A stretch of DNA of 62,575 nucleotides, filler included, from Stramenopiles sp. TOSAG23-3 (Eukaryota): assembly GCA_900128585.1 (NCBI GenBank). It is 6 parts of 6 records of this genome, joined end to end, with 100 filler letters (N's around TTAATTAATTAA, not from the genome) between each part and the next. Parts side by side here need not be neighbours in the genome. Positions count along the whole stretch, not along the records: positions 36,515 to 48,578 come from LT642713.1; 5 more parts are not named here. One strand, given 5' to 3'. The notes under the pieces are model-generated. The model had not been told where the DNA came from. It ran no database searches and was given only the letters and a program-made list of their open reading frames with translations. Numbering within the stretch: position 1 is the first letter of the stretch; every line of letters starts with the position of its first letter. Shown one piece after another: positions 39,501-48,678 of the stretch. Both the position numbers and the translations under genes were made by a program.

Positions 39501-42500
39501 GATACCTTGCTCAGGCAAGCGAATCCGACCAAACAGAACTGAAGGATTCTGTCGAAACGAACCTTAAAGAAGGTCGGAAGGCATTAGAAGTAGCCAAGGA
39601 AAACTTGGAAGCAACGAAGCAAGACGGTGGTGAGATAGAGTTTCAAGGGGCGCAAAAAAAAGTAGATGAACTCACTGACAAGCTCAAAACAATTGAAGAA
39701 TCTGCGGCGGGGCTGCTGGCTGAAGAGCACGAAGGAGAGCAGGCTCAAATATTACAGCTTGTGGTGCACGAGAACTGCGAAATTAAAGTGGAGTTAAAAA
39801 CAGCGCTTCCGCTTGCAAAGTATGCTACAATCATATTCGAGGATGTGACTGAACCCTCGCTGAACATGGCTCACAAAGTTAAAAATATTACATCTCCGAC
39901 TGAATTTTACATACAATGTGAAGATCAGTCGTTGAGCAAACCCGGTGTGTACACTGGTGGAATAGCTAAAATTCCAACAAAAGATCGGGCTGCTAAGGTA
40001 TATAATTCGTTGGCTGTCGAAAGCTCCTTTTTGCATGCTACATCTGGCCACAAGCTAAGTGCAAGAACATTTATGTGCAGAGTCGGGGTGATTGATTGCA
40101 ATCTTGACAAAGAAGATGGGGAAAGTTCAGAGTCTAGGTCGGAACCGAGCGCAGGAAAAAAACATAGCCCCGATGGGAACGCGCAGAAGAAGGGTGGTGA
40201 AGAAGAAGAAAAAAACATAGAGGATGTTAAGGAGGAAAAAGACGCGACAACTGCTATGAGCGAACTCGCGAAGCTTGCAAAGGAGGCAAACATAAACATC
40301 TCTAAAACCGTTACTCCATCGCCCGATAAGGCAAAGGCAACTCCCGAAAAAAAGAAAACGAAGAAACCAAAATCGAAAGCGTTTGGGGTAGAAATTCCTA
40401 ATCTTGATGCGTTAGCAGCAGAAGTAAAAAGTAAAGTGAAAGTCCCAGGACAGAAAAAGCCTCCGAACAAAGATAAAGAAAAGCCAAAAGAAAAGCCAAA
40501 AGAAAAACCAAAGGAAGAGGAAGAGAAGAGCGCCAAAGAACCTGCGCCAGCTCCCCTTCCCGGCATGGAAGATTGTGCCGTACCCCCAGTACTAAAAGGG
40601 GAATGCTTCCTAGATGAAGATGAGAGCTGCACAAAAAAGAGCAAGCTCACTGGTGCTGCCCTATGTTACGAAGGAAAATGCGCTTGTAAAGAAGGACAGA
40701 TCAGCAGAAAGTATGTCGACGATTACATGGGGTTGGATGCGCAAAATAAAACTGAAAAGTTGAGGAGGGCAATTCGGTACGAATGCTGGCTTATTGACCC
40801 AAGCTGTGGAAGTGGTGGATTTACCTCTAAATTAACCAAGAAGCGACATGCTCCGAAAAAGCCTAAACCCCCTCTACCCTTTTCGGCAGAAAAGGCAGAA
40901 ATACCAAAAAAGAAGAAAGCAGAGCCAGAGCCGTCCAAATGCCATGCAGAACGAGTAAAAACGGTGCCCTGTAAACCACGTGTTGAATCCAGAATCTTGA
41001 ACCTAGCTCGGAAGCGCGTAGTAACCCACGGTGCTGATCCAATGATTGCAGATATACTTGTGTCAAAATGTGCAGCGGAAAGTAGCGATACTGAGATAGT
41101 AGTATCTCCAAATGGTGGAAACAAATGTGCCGCTGTGGCAGGAAGGTCTTCTATTGCGTTTGCATTTTCAAGTGTAGTGAATGCAAACGATCCTTGTGTG
41201 CAGGAAGAGAAACTCTCTGCGCATTACAAACAAGGACGTCATGGGTTTGCAATTTTCATGCCAAACGTCGCCCGAGACGGATCCAGGTTTTCTGGGGGAG
41301 CAAGTATACCAATACCCTGCCTTGAAAATGTCCAAATGATCAATTATGGGAAAGATGGAAAGGGGGGTGGAGTCGATTTGCATGGAAAACTGTTTCCAAA
41401 AGGTAAGATTGGAGAAGATGATGACGGTAAGAAAGATAATATTTATACCGCAGGACCCCCTCCAAGTGGGAAAGATTTTCCCGAATCCCTGGTACACTGT
41501 TTGCCGAAAGCAGAAAGTGAATCATCTAACACCAGCGGCTCGGGGTCAGGGTCGGGGTCAGCTTCAAAAGGAGTCAAAGGAACAGAATGGTGGAGCTGCC
41601 AAAATAATCCAACCGGGTGCCTACCAATGAAACGGGTGTCTTCTTCGGCTCTTCGATGCAACAGAAAGACTAGAGAATTTTGCTGCTGTAGTAAGCCTGA
41701 ACCAACCAGCTCTGTGTTGGCATGTGTTGCGACATTTAATAACAATTTTTTCAGCCCAAAGAGTTATGGTTGTAGAAACGTTCTAATTATGAAGTGGAAA
41801 TTAAAACCTTACGTTAGCGATAACGTGACCAGAACTCTTAGGAAGCACAAAATCCAATGGTCAACAGGTGGTATTATGTACAGTCAAGGTAAAAATAATA
41901 GACCGAAGGAGTTGGCAGGGAGCCCAAAGCCAAAAAAGGGATCTGAAGCTGGAGCACCCGCAAGTTTGGACTGTGACTGGAACCCTATCACAAATCCAGT
42001 ATTTTTTCTTTTCTGCATTATCAACATGATGATTAAGCCAGTAATTCGGCCATTTGGCTTGCTGGAGATGAGCAGTAATTATCACAAATCATTTGCTCTG
42101 ACCGCGGGACCAGTTGTGTGGCACCATGTCGAAGGGCTTGATAACCCTGTTCAGTTAGTAATTAATGAGGAAACCCGGAGGACCGAAAATGGAATATGGA
42201 TAGACTGGGGCGAGGATGATTCCAGTGCTAAGCGTGCGAAGACAACGAAGCCGTTGAAACGGCGCCTTCTGGGGCGCAGGCTGTTGGCGCGCGAAAATAA
42301 ATTACAACACCCTATAGGTTGGGGCGAGATGAAAAAAAAGTACAGCATTATGAAAAGGTGTCGAATGTCAGATCCGAAAAAAGGTTGTACTAAGAAGAAA
42401 AAGAAGTGTGGGTGTCCCGGGTGGGGCGGTGGCGGGAGTAGTTCAGGAGCGAAACCGTTCAAGATGGGAAAGCCTACAAGCTCGCGGGAATTGGCCGGAG

Positions 42501-45500
42501 CAAGTGCTGTGCTTGTCGAAAACGGTGGCTCTGCGCTCGTGTTTGGCGGCTATGAAGTTGTCAACAAGGGCGGAAGTGATTTTTCTGGCGACACCAATTA
42601 CTTCAATGACATATTCTGGTTCAAGACTGGCGTTGATGGAGAAACGGGGCGGCTGAAATCCCGAGGCATGCATTGGTACGGTCCAATAACGCTTGGGTCA
42701 AACACCCCTTCTCCCAGAGCATTTCACACAGCAAACTTAGTCTCTATTGGTGTCAAACAGTTGAAAGGAATGTTACTGTTTGGAGGATATGATGGCCGCG
42801 GGCCATCTGGGTACAAAGGCGACATCCACCTTCTCGTAAACATAGAGCAGTCTGACGAAGAAACGGAAATGATATACCAATGGCGCCAAGAAGCTCAATT
42901 GAAAATGGCCGCAATAGAAAATAAAGACCCAAGTGCATTTTCTGCGTATTTAAAGGAAAAAATCGAGGCCGACCTTACAGGCTGCGTGAACGGGGCAGGA
43001 CCATGCAAGCCCTCCTTTAATCCAGATCACCCCATGCCGTGGAATGCTGACGATAGTTTTAGAACGTGGACGGAAAAGTCAGGGCCGCTAGCGAAATATT
43101 TTGGCATCGGAAAGCCGTGGGATAATGGGCCCATGTGGATCCCGTTCTCAGCTCGGGGCATAGCTCCCACTCCAAGGATGAAGCACGCAGCAGTAGTGTT
43201 AGGAAACTATTTCATTGTTTTTGGTGGCGTTGGTAAAGACGGATACCTTGCCGACATACACTTTTTGGACACCCGTAAAATGCACTGGGAAAATTTAGGA
43301 GCATTCGAAAAATCTAATTATCGCGGAGAGCGCTGTGTAGACGAGTTCCCAGAAACTCCTGAATGCGCTCATGGCAAACACTTAAGTTTGTACTATAATT
43401 ATAAAGGAATGTTTACCGGCGCGTTTCCTGCTGCGAGATCAGGCCACACGATGGCTGCATGGGGGGGCAACATTATCATCTTCGGTGGTTTTAACAAGGC
43501 GATAGGGCTTTTCAACGATGTGCATGTTTTGGATACCAAGTTTAAGATAGGCATGGCAGGGACTAACCTGTATGGTCAAGCCTACGCCGAAAAATTGTTC
43601 TCAGGAAACAACTACAAGTCGAACGTGGACGGTGTGGGTAATTGGGGTGGAATGTATACCTGTCCCAACGGGCAGGTGTACGCTGTCGGAGACACCGGAA
43701 ATGGCTGCCAAAGTTTAGCCGGCAGTGGTGGCAAAGGTGGAGAATGCCAAAAGAAGACCGGTCCGTGGTCTGGTAAAAGAGTGGCATGCGGGCGTTATGG
43801 CATGCGCACAATGCAATGGCGGCAAGTAATTGCGACTGGTAATAAACCCGCGCCGAGGTGGGGGCACGCGATGTTCAACATCTTCCCGAAAGCTCCCCAG
43901 GTCCTGGTTTTTGGAGGGTTTGGAGGGGCGGGGGAGATGGATTACAACTCCCAGACGGACCAACTCGGTTATCGAAACGACCATACCGTCCTTGATTTGT
44001 TTTCACCAGCACCAAAATCCCTCACTGTGCACCCATATGGAACCCCCCCCAAGACTGTATTTCACGCGCTTCACCCGAAAATCAACAAACACGTTTTGGA
44101 CAAGTACATAAAATTCCACTATGAAATACCCGCACCGAAATGCCCCGGTGGAACGGCGCCCTCGTCTGGGTGGGGTTGGAGTCCTTTGTTCAAACCAGTT
44201 ACAATGACTATTAAGGGAAACAATTTTGGGACGCTGGAGGAAAGGACGTCCGCAATCGCGGTTGTCATAGGTGACGCAAGGCACGGTCCATTTCCGTGCA
44301 TGCCCATGAAGTTCATTTCGAAGAACGAAGTTGAATGCACCGTAGGTCCAGGATATGGCAGGGACTTGGATGTTACCATATATGCAAACAATCAAGTTTC
44401 CAGGCCAGGCAATGCTTTATTTAGTTACGAACCCCCTCGTATCATTGCTGTTATACCACCGTTTCTGATTGATTTTTGCTACAAAAAGGACAGCCTGGAT
44501 AACTGTCTGCCGCGAGGGCCAATCGTAGTGATGGGAACTAATCTTGGAACTTCCCAAGATGCTGTTCAAAGTATGGTTTTCGGGGGTGCTCCGTGTCTGA
44601 ATTGGCTGCATGTGTCCCCGATGGTAGTCGTCTGCCTTTGTGTTGGCGAGAGTAAAAAGGACAAAGATGGCGATCCCCTTCAAGGCGGCGCCATAATAAA
44701 GGTCGGGGGACAGTTCAGTAACCCCTCCCCTTTTAAACTAATTCCAGCACCACAAATGCTGAACGAAAGTGATGCTGGGGTTTGGTACCCGGAAGTGTGT
44801 CCACTCCAAAAAACGCTGGAAACCCTTGGGTTTGACTTCAAAATGCATCGAAAGGTGCGTGCCGAAGTAAATTATCAGCAAAAGAGTAAGTTTTTGACCG
44901 AAACCATTGTGCGATCCTTAAGTGCGACAACATTGGACGGTCTGGTAAGTGCGACCAAAGATTTTGTTCATGCTAAAGCCGAGCTGCAACATGCAATGCT
45001 CCTCGCTCAACAATTCCAACTGCCGGCCGGCATTGGCCACCTTAGCAACATAATGAAGCAGATTGCTAGAGATGCTAGTCGAGATCTTGCTCCCGTGCCT
45101 CCAGTGTTGCCGTTTGAAGGGTTTGCGGGGAGTTTGCACCACCTTGATCACCACTATGCTCATGGGCGTCGGCGCAGAATGCTGCAGCTGGAAGACGAAG
45201 AAGCGCTGGAAAGTAGCCGAAACGATGTCGTCCCTGTTGATATTGACGATGAGCACGAAGATTTCAACCATGAAACGGATTCTTCGAAAAACGTAAGGAT
45301 GAAGGAAGCAGAGAGAGTGACGAAAATTCGCAAAGAGCAAGGCTTAGCCACGCCTGTGCCAGACGGGTGTCTAGTCCACGCTCAGAAGGTACCAAACTCT
45401 TCTCTGGTTTTGGGAATTGAAGCCCTTGGTAGACTAGATGTTTCCAAAGAATGTGGTTGCGATACGATGATGGCTCGAGTAAAGAGTCGCGGCTTTCTAT

Positions 45501-46585
45501 CGCAGAAGGATCTGGACGGGGAATGCAAGGCGGCATTAGCGCATTTTGCTTGGAGGCGTGCTTGTAAGGAAGAGATTTTACTGTACAACAGCAGATGCCA
45601 AAGAAAGTCCATCCCTGAAGATCGCTCTAAAAGCAGAGGAAATGTGTCCTCTATTGAGGCGCTGGAAGACAACTTCAAGAATCTAGCGTCCTATTTTCGC
45701 GCGTCGGCTTCTTCTAACAGGCAGTGCAATGCCCTTCGTCAAATCATAAATATGCGATGCGTAGAAGAGGATCAGAAGATCCCCATTGTGAACCAGAATC
45801 CAGCGCGACGATGGGTTCCATTTTCCCCGTTCGACCCGCGATGGACAGACACGGTGGCTCCTGAAAACCGAGTGTTTGGCCAGATCGGAAACAATGGGAG
45901 TATAGCAGCAATGAGGTTTTTGTCCGCGAAAGGCAAGAGCGACAACATCGGCAACAGAATTACGGAAGCCATGGCGCCAGTCGTCAACTCTGTTCAGGCA
46001 CCGTTGTTCATTCACCCCAACCGCAAGCCCAAGACCACTGCGAAAAAAGGGAAGCCTAAAAAACCGCTGCCTGCAAGGTTCCAAGGAATTGTAGTAGGAT
46101 GGCAAGACCTGGACAAAGTTTGCCTTCCCGGAAAACCTCCACTGCCTCGCAGATCGATGGCACATGCGGGTCCAATGGCTGATGGGATGAGCCTGTTCAT
46201 GTTCGGAGGGCATGGGCTTGATCCCCCGTCCAATGGCAGCTCAAACGTCCTGTATGCGGGAGACAACCTCAATTGGGACAGAAGCAAAACGATCACCGAA
46301 AATTTTAGAATGCGCGCCCAAACGTTTGACGATACGTTTCTGCTAACAAGTTTGAACGAGTTGCCAGAAAAAAACCGCAGGTGCTTTGGCGTAGTGGAAG
46401 GCATCTGCAAGTTTGTTGAGGGGAAGGGACACCTTTTTGGTACTCCTGCAAAAGTCCCTGATATCCCTGACAATCTTGTCAACAATGACGGAAACGGCAA
46501 CATTGCTCCTGGCGAACATAATCCCAAAGAGAAAGATTTAATGCCAAATGACAAAAAATGGTCCGAAAGGGATGGGAATAAATAG
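36515..46585 (+). CDS. Giant (>3350 aa, probably 5'-truncated) Cys-rich protein with nine tenascin-type EGF repeats, six kelch repeats and two IPT/TIG-like domains
   Basis: Frame is open from the contig start. CSGHGxC..C.C..GW.G.DC repeats at about 37500-38690; kelch motifs P.PR..H....FGG..D..LD at about 42480-44000 and 46140-46350; TIG-like MTIKGNNFG...CTVGPGYG..FSYEPP and VVMGTNLG. Confidence 0.8.
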   Translation, partial: LINAVKLRGKGDRMFMNHNDAEMASNDWVKIFQAAVQAKTINHVSASRAEQAAAKAAAKLIYATRNHPYDVEAPATVLCRVLGPEKCKERLQVAVKSNDVDVALALKILRHGRAGSICDQVGPWECHESLAKATALGHTGIVAAIQALKRGAGDLLRDTALAKSKAAIREREELQRVKFYGDRGQVEHQEFKAIDAEHEATAAAQALTVRGAPKECSSTLNGTETADCYCRLLGTKRCSMTLYEAYKSKNTDVIHAIRSLTGGHSPGPATKFCISLGPNRCREVMFAARMHCHHEVVNAFNILAQPLQKALPAWRNCTVVHGLTYHSVCPRGDKDRGMACSGQGKCMFDSRGSRCDCYHGWGGEACEKWLGSQSGIGCRAEINPNLRCSGHGLCGKGGSCACTDSFTGPMCQQKGTPISGKKCPSVNVHVCSGHGSCSRKTGECSCNTGFAPPDCNEPSGNQCHKSSKGEMCSGHGFCTIAGFCSNSQAFPKIAGCEPGWEGAGCSISTALNVGCRGEKTPCSGHGECGADGICYKKLSEMQIGCNHGWGGADCSIHQHESDKSLFGCPSKSSNICSGHGVCNFDGGTCKCKSGWTSPDCHVPPPARSCAGHPGKACGGHGICRRDGTCGCECGFSGESCQYGPGAGTSCPSGVNRDTLRDGLCSDNGECGDNGVCLCKNGWAGMNCDTKSKTCPSCNGKVCSGHGTCSLSVCTCLNGWGGESCSISNVFSPGKGVGHSLPNGPLSLHQVRGTSAPSQRRGRSPSPETIATQIRNVSQSPETDGFCGPDYSMRNKGDCLAGGICNVKVLKGAGNGEGKFVSIMDRKECESSKTKAGDPGTWHSFNFWFFPRNPLDAMIREICEEDDPDRMDRLLDIWEKIDGSVDVNTCTAKALKCPEIRTSFLEIEKTSPEDKKLLQDVDKTPSTTNDSGEEESPGDVDLSSRLWEMGDTDDEIARMRKDITLRNAPAATWSAVNEDDEAKLNDLRNFGADITQGYLAQASESDQTELKDSVETNLKEGRKALEVAKENLEATKQDGGEIEFQGAQKKVDELTDKLKTIEESAAGLLAEEHEGEQAQILQLVVHENCEIKVELKTALPLAKYATIIFEDVTEPSLNMAHKVKNITSPTEFYIQCEDQSLSKPGVYTGGIAKIPTKDRAAKVYNSLAVESSFLHATSGHKLSARTFMCRVGVIDCNLDKEDGESSESRSEPSAGKKHSPDGNAQKKGGEEEEKNIEDVKEEKDATTAMSELAKLAKEANINISKTVTPSPDKAKATPEKKKTKKPKSKAFGVEIPNLDALAAEVKSKVKVPGQKKPPNKDKEKPKEKPKEKPKEEEEKSAKEPAPAPLPGMEDCAVPPVLKGECFLDEDESCTKKSKLTGAALCYEGKCACKEGQISRKYVDDYMGLDAQNKTEKLRRAIRYECWLIDPSCGSGGFTSKLTKKRHAPKKPKPPLPFSAEKAEIPKKKKAEPEPSKCHAERVKTVPCKPRVESRILNLARKRVVTHGADPMIADILVSKCAAESSDTEIVVSPNGGNKCAAVAGRSSIAFAFSSVVNANDPCVQEEKLSAHYKQGRHGFAIFMPNVARDGSRFSGGASIPIPCLENVQMINYGKDGKGGGVDLHGKLFPKGKIGEDDDGKKDNIYTAGPPPSGKDFPESLVHCLPKAESESSNTSGSGSGSGSASKGVKGTEWWSCQNNPTGCLPMKRVSSSALRCNRKTREFCCCSKPEPTSSVLACVATFNNNFFSPKSYGCRNVLIMKWKLKPYVSDNVTRTLRKHKIQWSTGGIMYSQGKNNRPKELAGSPKPKKGSEAGAPASLDCDWNPITNPVFFLFCIINMMIKPVIRPFGLLEMSSNYHKSFALTAGPVVWHHVEGLDNPVQLVINEETRRTENGIWIDWGEDDSSAKRAKTTKPLKRRLLGRRLLARENKLQHPIGWGEMKKKYSIMKRCRMSDPKKGCTKKKKKCGCPGWGGGGSSSGAKPFKMGKPTSSRELAGASAVLVENGGSALVFGGYEVVNKGGSDFSGDTNYFNDIFWFKTGVDGETGRLKSRGMHWYGPITLGSNTPSPRAFHTANLVSIGVKQLKGMLLFGGYDGRGPSGYKGDIHLLVNIEQSDEETEMIYQWRQEAQLKMAAIENKDPSAFSAYLKEKIEADLTGCVNGAGPCKPSFNPDHPMPWNADDSFRTWTEKSGPLAKYFGIGKPWDNGPMWIPFSARGIAPTPRMKHAAVVLGNYFIVFGGVGKDGYLADIHFLDTRKMHWENLGAFEKSNYRGERCVDEFPETPECAHGKHLSLYYNYKGMFTGAFPAARSGHTMAAWGGNIIIFGGFNKAIGLFNDVHVLDTKFKIGMAGTNLYGQAYAEKLFSGNNYKSNVDGVGNWGGMYTCPNGQVYAVGDTGNGCQSLAGSGGKGGECQKKTGPWSGKRVACGRYGMRTMQWRQVIATGNKPAPRWGHAMFNIFPKAPQVLVFGGFGGAGEMDYNSQTDQLGYRNDHTVLDLFSPAPKSLTVHPYGTPPKTVFHALHPKINKHVLDKYIKFHYEIPAPKCPGGTAPSSGWGWSPLFKPVTMTIKGNNFGTLEERTSAIAVVIGDARHGPFPCMPMKFISKNEVECTVGPGYGRDLDVTIYANNQVSRPGNALFSYEPPRIIAVIPPFLIDFCYKKDSLDNCLPRGPIVVMGTNLGTSQDAVQSMVFGGAPCLNWLHVSPMVVVCLCVGESKKDKDGDPLQGGAIIKVGGQFSNPSPFKLIPAPQMLNESDAGVWYPEVCPLQKTLETLGFDFKMHRKVRAEVNYQQKSKFLTETIVRSLSATTLDGLVSATKDFVHAKAELQHAMLLAQQFQLPAGIGHLSNIMKQIARDASRDLAPVPPVLPFEGFAGSLHHLDHHYAHGRRRRMLQLEDEEALESSRNDVVPVDIDDEHEDFNHETDSSKNVRMKEAERVTKIRKEQGLATPVPDGCLVHAQKVPNSSLVLGIEALGRLDVSKECGCDTMMARVKSRGFLSQKDLDGECKAALAHFAWRRACKEEILLYNSRCQRKSIPEDRSKSRGNVSSIEALEDNFKNLASYFRASASSNRQCNALRQIINMRCVEEDQKIPIVNQNPARRWVPFSPFDPRWTDTVAPENRVFGQIGNNGSIAAMRFLSAKGKSDNIGNRITEAMAPVVNSVQAPLFIHPNRKPKTTAKKGKPKKPLPARFQGIVVGWQDLDKVCLPGKPPLPRRSMAHAGPMADGMSLFMFGGHGLDPPSNGSSNVLYAGDNLNWDRSKTITENFRMRAQTFDDTFLLTSLNELPEKNRRCFGVVEGICKFVEGKGHLFGTPAKVPDIPDNLVNNDGNGNIAPGEHNPKEKDLMPNDKKWSERDGNK

Positions 46586-46740
46586 AAATGGAAATGAAAA
46601 CAAAGAGATAAATGATCTTCACCAATTTGGCAAGTTGGTGTCATTGCTCTGTACTGTTATTTTTTTTCAGAATTAATCTTTTGTTGTATTTGATACATTG
46701 TACTACCCGTATTTTTTTTTATTAATTAATATAATATAAT

Positions 46741-46843
46741 AATAAAGAACCGCGAAATGACATGCTCCATTTCTTATTCGATAAAAAATAATAATAAAAA
46801 AATAAAGAACCGCGAAATGACATGCTCCATTTCTTATTCGATA
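46741..46843 (+). repeat. Perfect 43-nt direct repeat, two copies, 60-nt period
   Basis: AATAAAGAACCGCGAAATGACATGCTCCATTTCTTATTCGATA at 46741 and 46801. Confidence 0.95.
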
Positions 46844-47125
46844 CTATTCTCTTATACTAAATTTCGATCGTCGTCCTCCTCGAGTATTAATAAAATAATT
46901 ATTAGTAGTAGTAGTAGTATATTTAATAAATAATGATGTAAAAAATGTTTTTTTGAAAATATTTTGTATGAGATGTGAAAACAGATTGAAAATATACGAA
47001 GTAAAGTCCCCCAAAAGAATTTCTTCACATTTTCGTACACACGTTAATCGAAACGTTCGCGAATTTTAGCCCGTCATATTTTAGTCACTTGATCCATTCA
47101 TCTTCTTGATAGCGCATTCACAGCG

Positions 47126-48193
47126 ATGCTTTGCAACGATTTCTGCAGCTTTGCTGTTAGTCTACCAACCGTAATTGCTTCTAGTCCTTCGGTACTCCAC
47201 GCCTGGAGAGATGAAAGTGGGGGAGACGAAAGTCCGATACATATTGTTATTGTAAGTTGTGAATCTTCGTATAGGGGTACGTTGTCCGGTGTAAATAATT
47301 TATCAGAAAACGTTAATTGGGATAACATAAACAATAAACAGATAATGCCCCGAATATGGGAAGACTTTCGTTCACAAGTTGCTTTTGCAGACAGCTGTTT
47401 GCCTGGGCAAGCAGTGAGCCGTGGTTCTTGGAACCCCAAGGGCTCATCAAAGGAAATATTTACGTTGAAGCTTTTTTTTCACCCTGAAGAATCGTTTTCG
47501 CATGCAATGAAAATCCATTTCAAGAAGATTGAAACCAACGAACCTGAATTCTTTCCCTGTATGCGACAGATCTCAAGACAAGGGTTGATGCTCAGCTCAA
47601 GGGTTTCGGCATCGGCGAGTACTGTTGCGGCACTGAAAGACGAGCTGAAACGAGCAAATGATACGCTGGCTCTTCTTCGAAATAAAATGGCAGTGCAGGA
47701 AAAGAACTGGCTGGAAAATTTTGTTCTGGTGCTGAACGCGAAGAAAAAGCGTTGCAGAGAGTTGCAAGAGCAGGTGAACGATTTTACACGGGAAGAGAGA
47801 GAGAAATCCCAGAAGGATGCTGTGAAAGAAAAGAAAAAGGTTTCGCGACGACAAAAGTCGCGAAAGAAGGAAAGCCCATCCAAACGGAAGAGAAGAAAAG
47901 TCATTTCGGCTAGCCCGGAGAGAGATACAAGTTCTGATGAAGATGTGAACATTACGGAGGATGAAATCGATATTATTATGTATGATAAGCCAGCGCCTAC
48001 ATGGGCTTCTCAACCTGGGCCGACGCTCGACATGGTGCACGATGACGACGCCGATTTTCAAAATATTTTGGAAGAGGAAGGAAACCAAAAAGCAAAACGT
48101 TCTGGAGGTGGTGAAGAGAGACCGGCCACTTCGTCTAGACGAGATCTTGGTGGCTCACCGCAGAACAACGATGAAGACATGCATTTTTGGTAG
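47126..48193 (+). CDS. XRCC4: XRCC4-like non-homologous end-joining protein
   Basis: Beta-rich head, then a coiled coil ending in EKNWLENFVLVLNAKKKRCREL, matching the XRCC4 ligase IV-binding region (F.LVLNEKK.KIR.L), then a low-complexity tail. Confidence 0.7.
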   Translation: MLCNDFCSFAVSLPTVIASSPSVLHAWRDESGGDESPIHIVIVSCESSYRGTLSGVNNLSENVNWDNINNKQIMPRIWEDFRSQVAFADSCLPGQAVSRGSWNPKGSSKEIFTLKLFFHPEESFSHAMKIHFKKIETNEPEFFPCMRQISRQGLMLSSRVSASASTVAALKDELKRANDTLALLRNKMAVQEKNWLENFVLVLNAKKKRCRELQEQVNDFTREEREKSQKDAVKEKKKVSRRQKSRKKESPSKRKRRKVISASPERDTSSDEDVNITEDEIDIIMYDKPAPTWASQPGPTLDMVHDDDADFQNILEEEGNQKAKRSGGGEERPATSSRRDLGGSPQNNDEDMHFW

Positions 48194-48367
48194 AATAATT
48201 TTACAAAGTGAAAATAAACTCAACAAATTTTATTCAAAAAACAGATTTTTAAAAGATTCTCACGAAAAGTATGAAGTATTTTTTTTAATATCGCGTTCCC
48301 GCACCTCTTTTACACATTAGTTCAGTGTTTTATGTATCGCAGTCCCGTATGGGCAAATCGTCCCAGG

Positions 48368-48577
48368 CTACCTTTTCTTGCGGTGCAAATCAGATTTGAA
48401 CGCTCGAAGCAAATCTTCTGCACTTTCCTTCAAACAAGAAGTAATCAGTTTCTTTTTATATTCACATTTTCTTATATCGCCCCCTTCTCGCCCGTTTTCA
48501 AACGCACACTTCACCCAATCACTTTGTTTCTCTCTACACAAGTGTTTCCCTACACAGTGTTCATAACCAAAGTAATT
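48368..48577 (-). CDS. 3' fragment of a twin CX9C (CHCH-type) protein, truncated by contig end
   Basis: Not in the ORF track; hand translation NYFGYEHCVGKHLCREKQSDWVKCAFENGREGGDIRKCEYKKKLITSCLKESAEDLLRAFKSDLHRKKR* contains two exact CX9C motifs. Confidence 0.65.
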   Translation of the reverse strand, partial: NYFGYEHCVGKHLCREKQSDWVKCAFENGREGGDIRKCEYKKKLITSCLKESAEDLLRAFKSDLHRKKR

Positions 48578-48578
48578 A

Positions 48579-48678
48579 NNNNNNNNNNNNNNNNNNNNNN
48601 NNNNNNNNNNNNNNNNNNNNNNTTAATTAATTAANNNNNNNNNNNNNNNNNNNNNNNNNNNNNNNNNNNNNNNNNNNN
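48579..48678. other. Artificial contig spacer
   Basis: N44-TTAATTAATTAA-N44. Confidence 0.98.

Noticed and set aside
46741-46843. CRISPR-like repeat-spacer
   Set aside because: Only two copies, a low-complexity 17-nt spacer, eukaryotic context and no cas genes.
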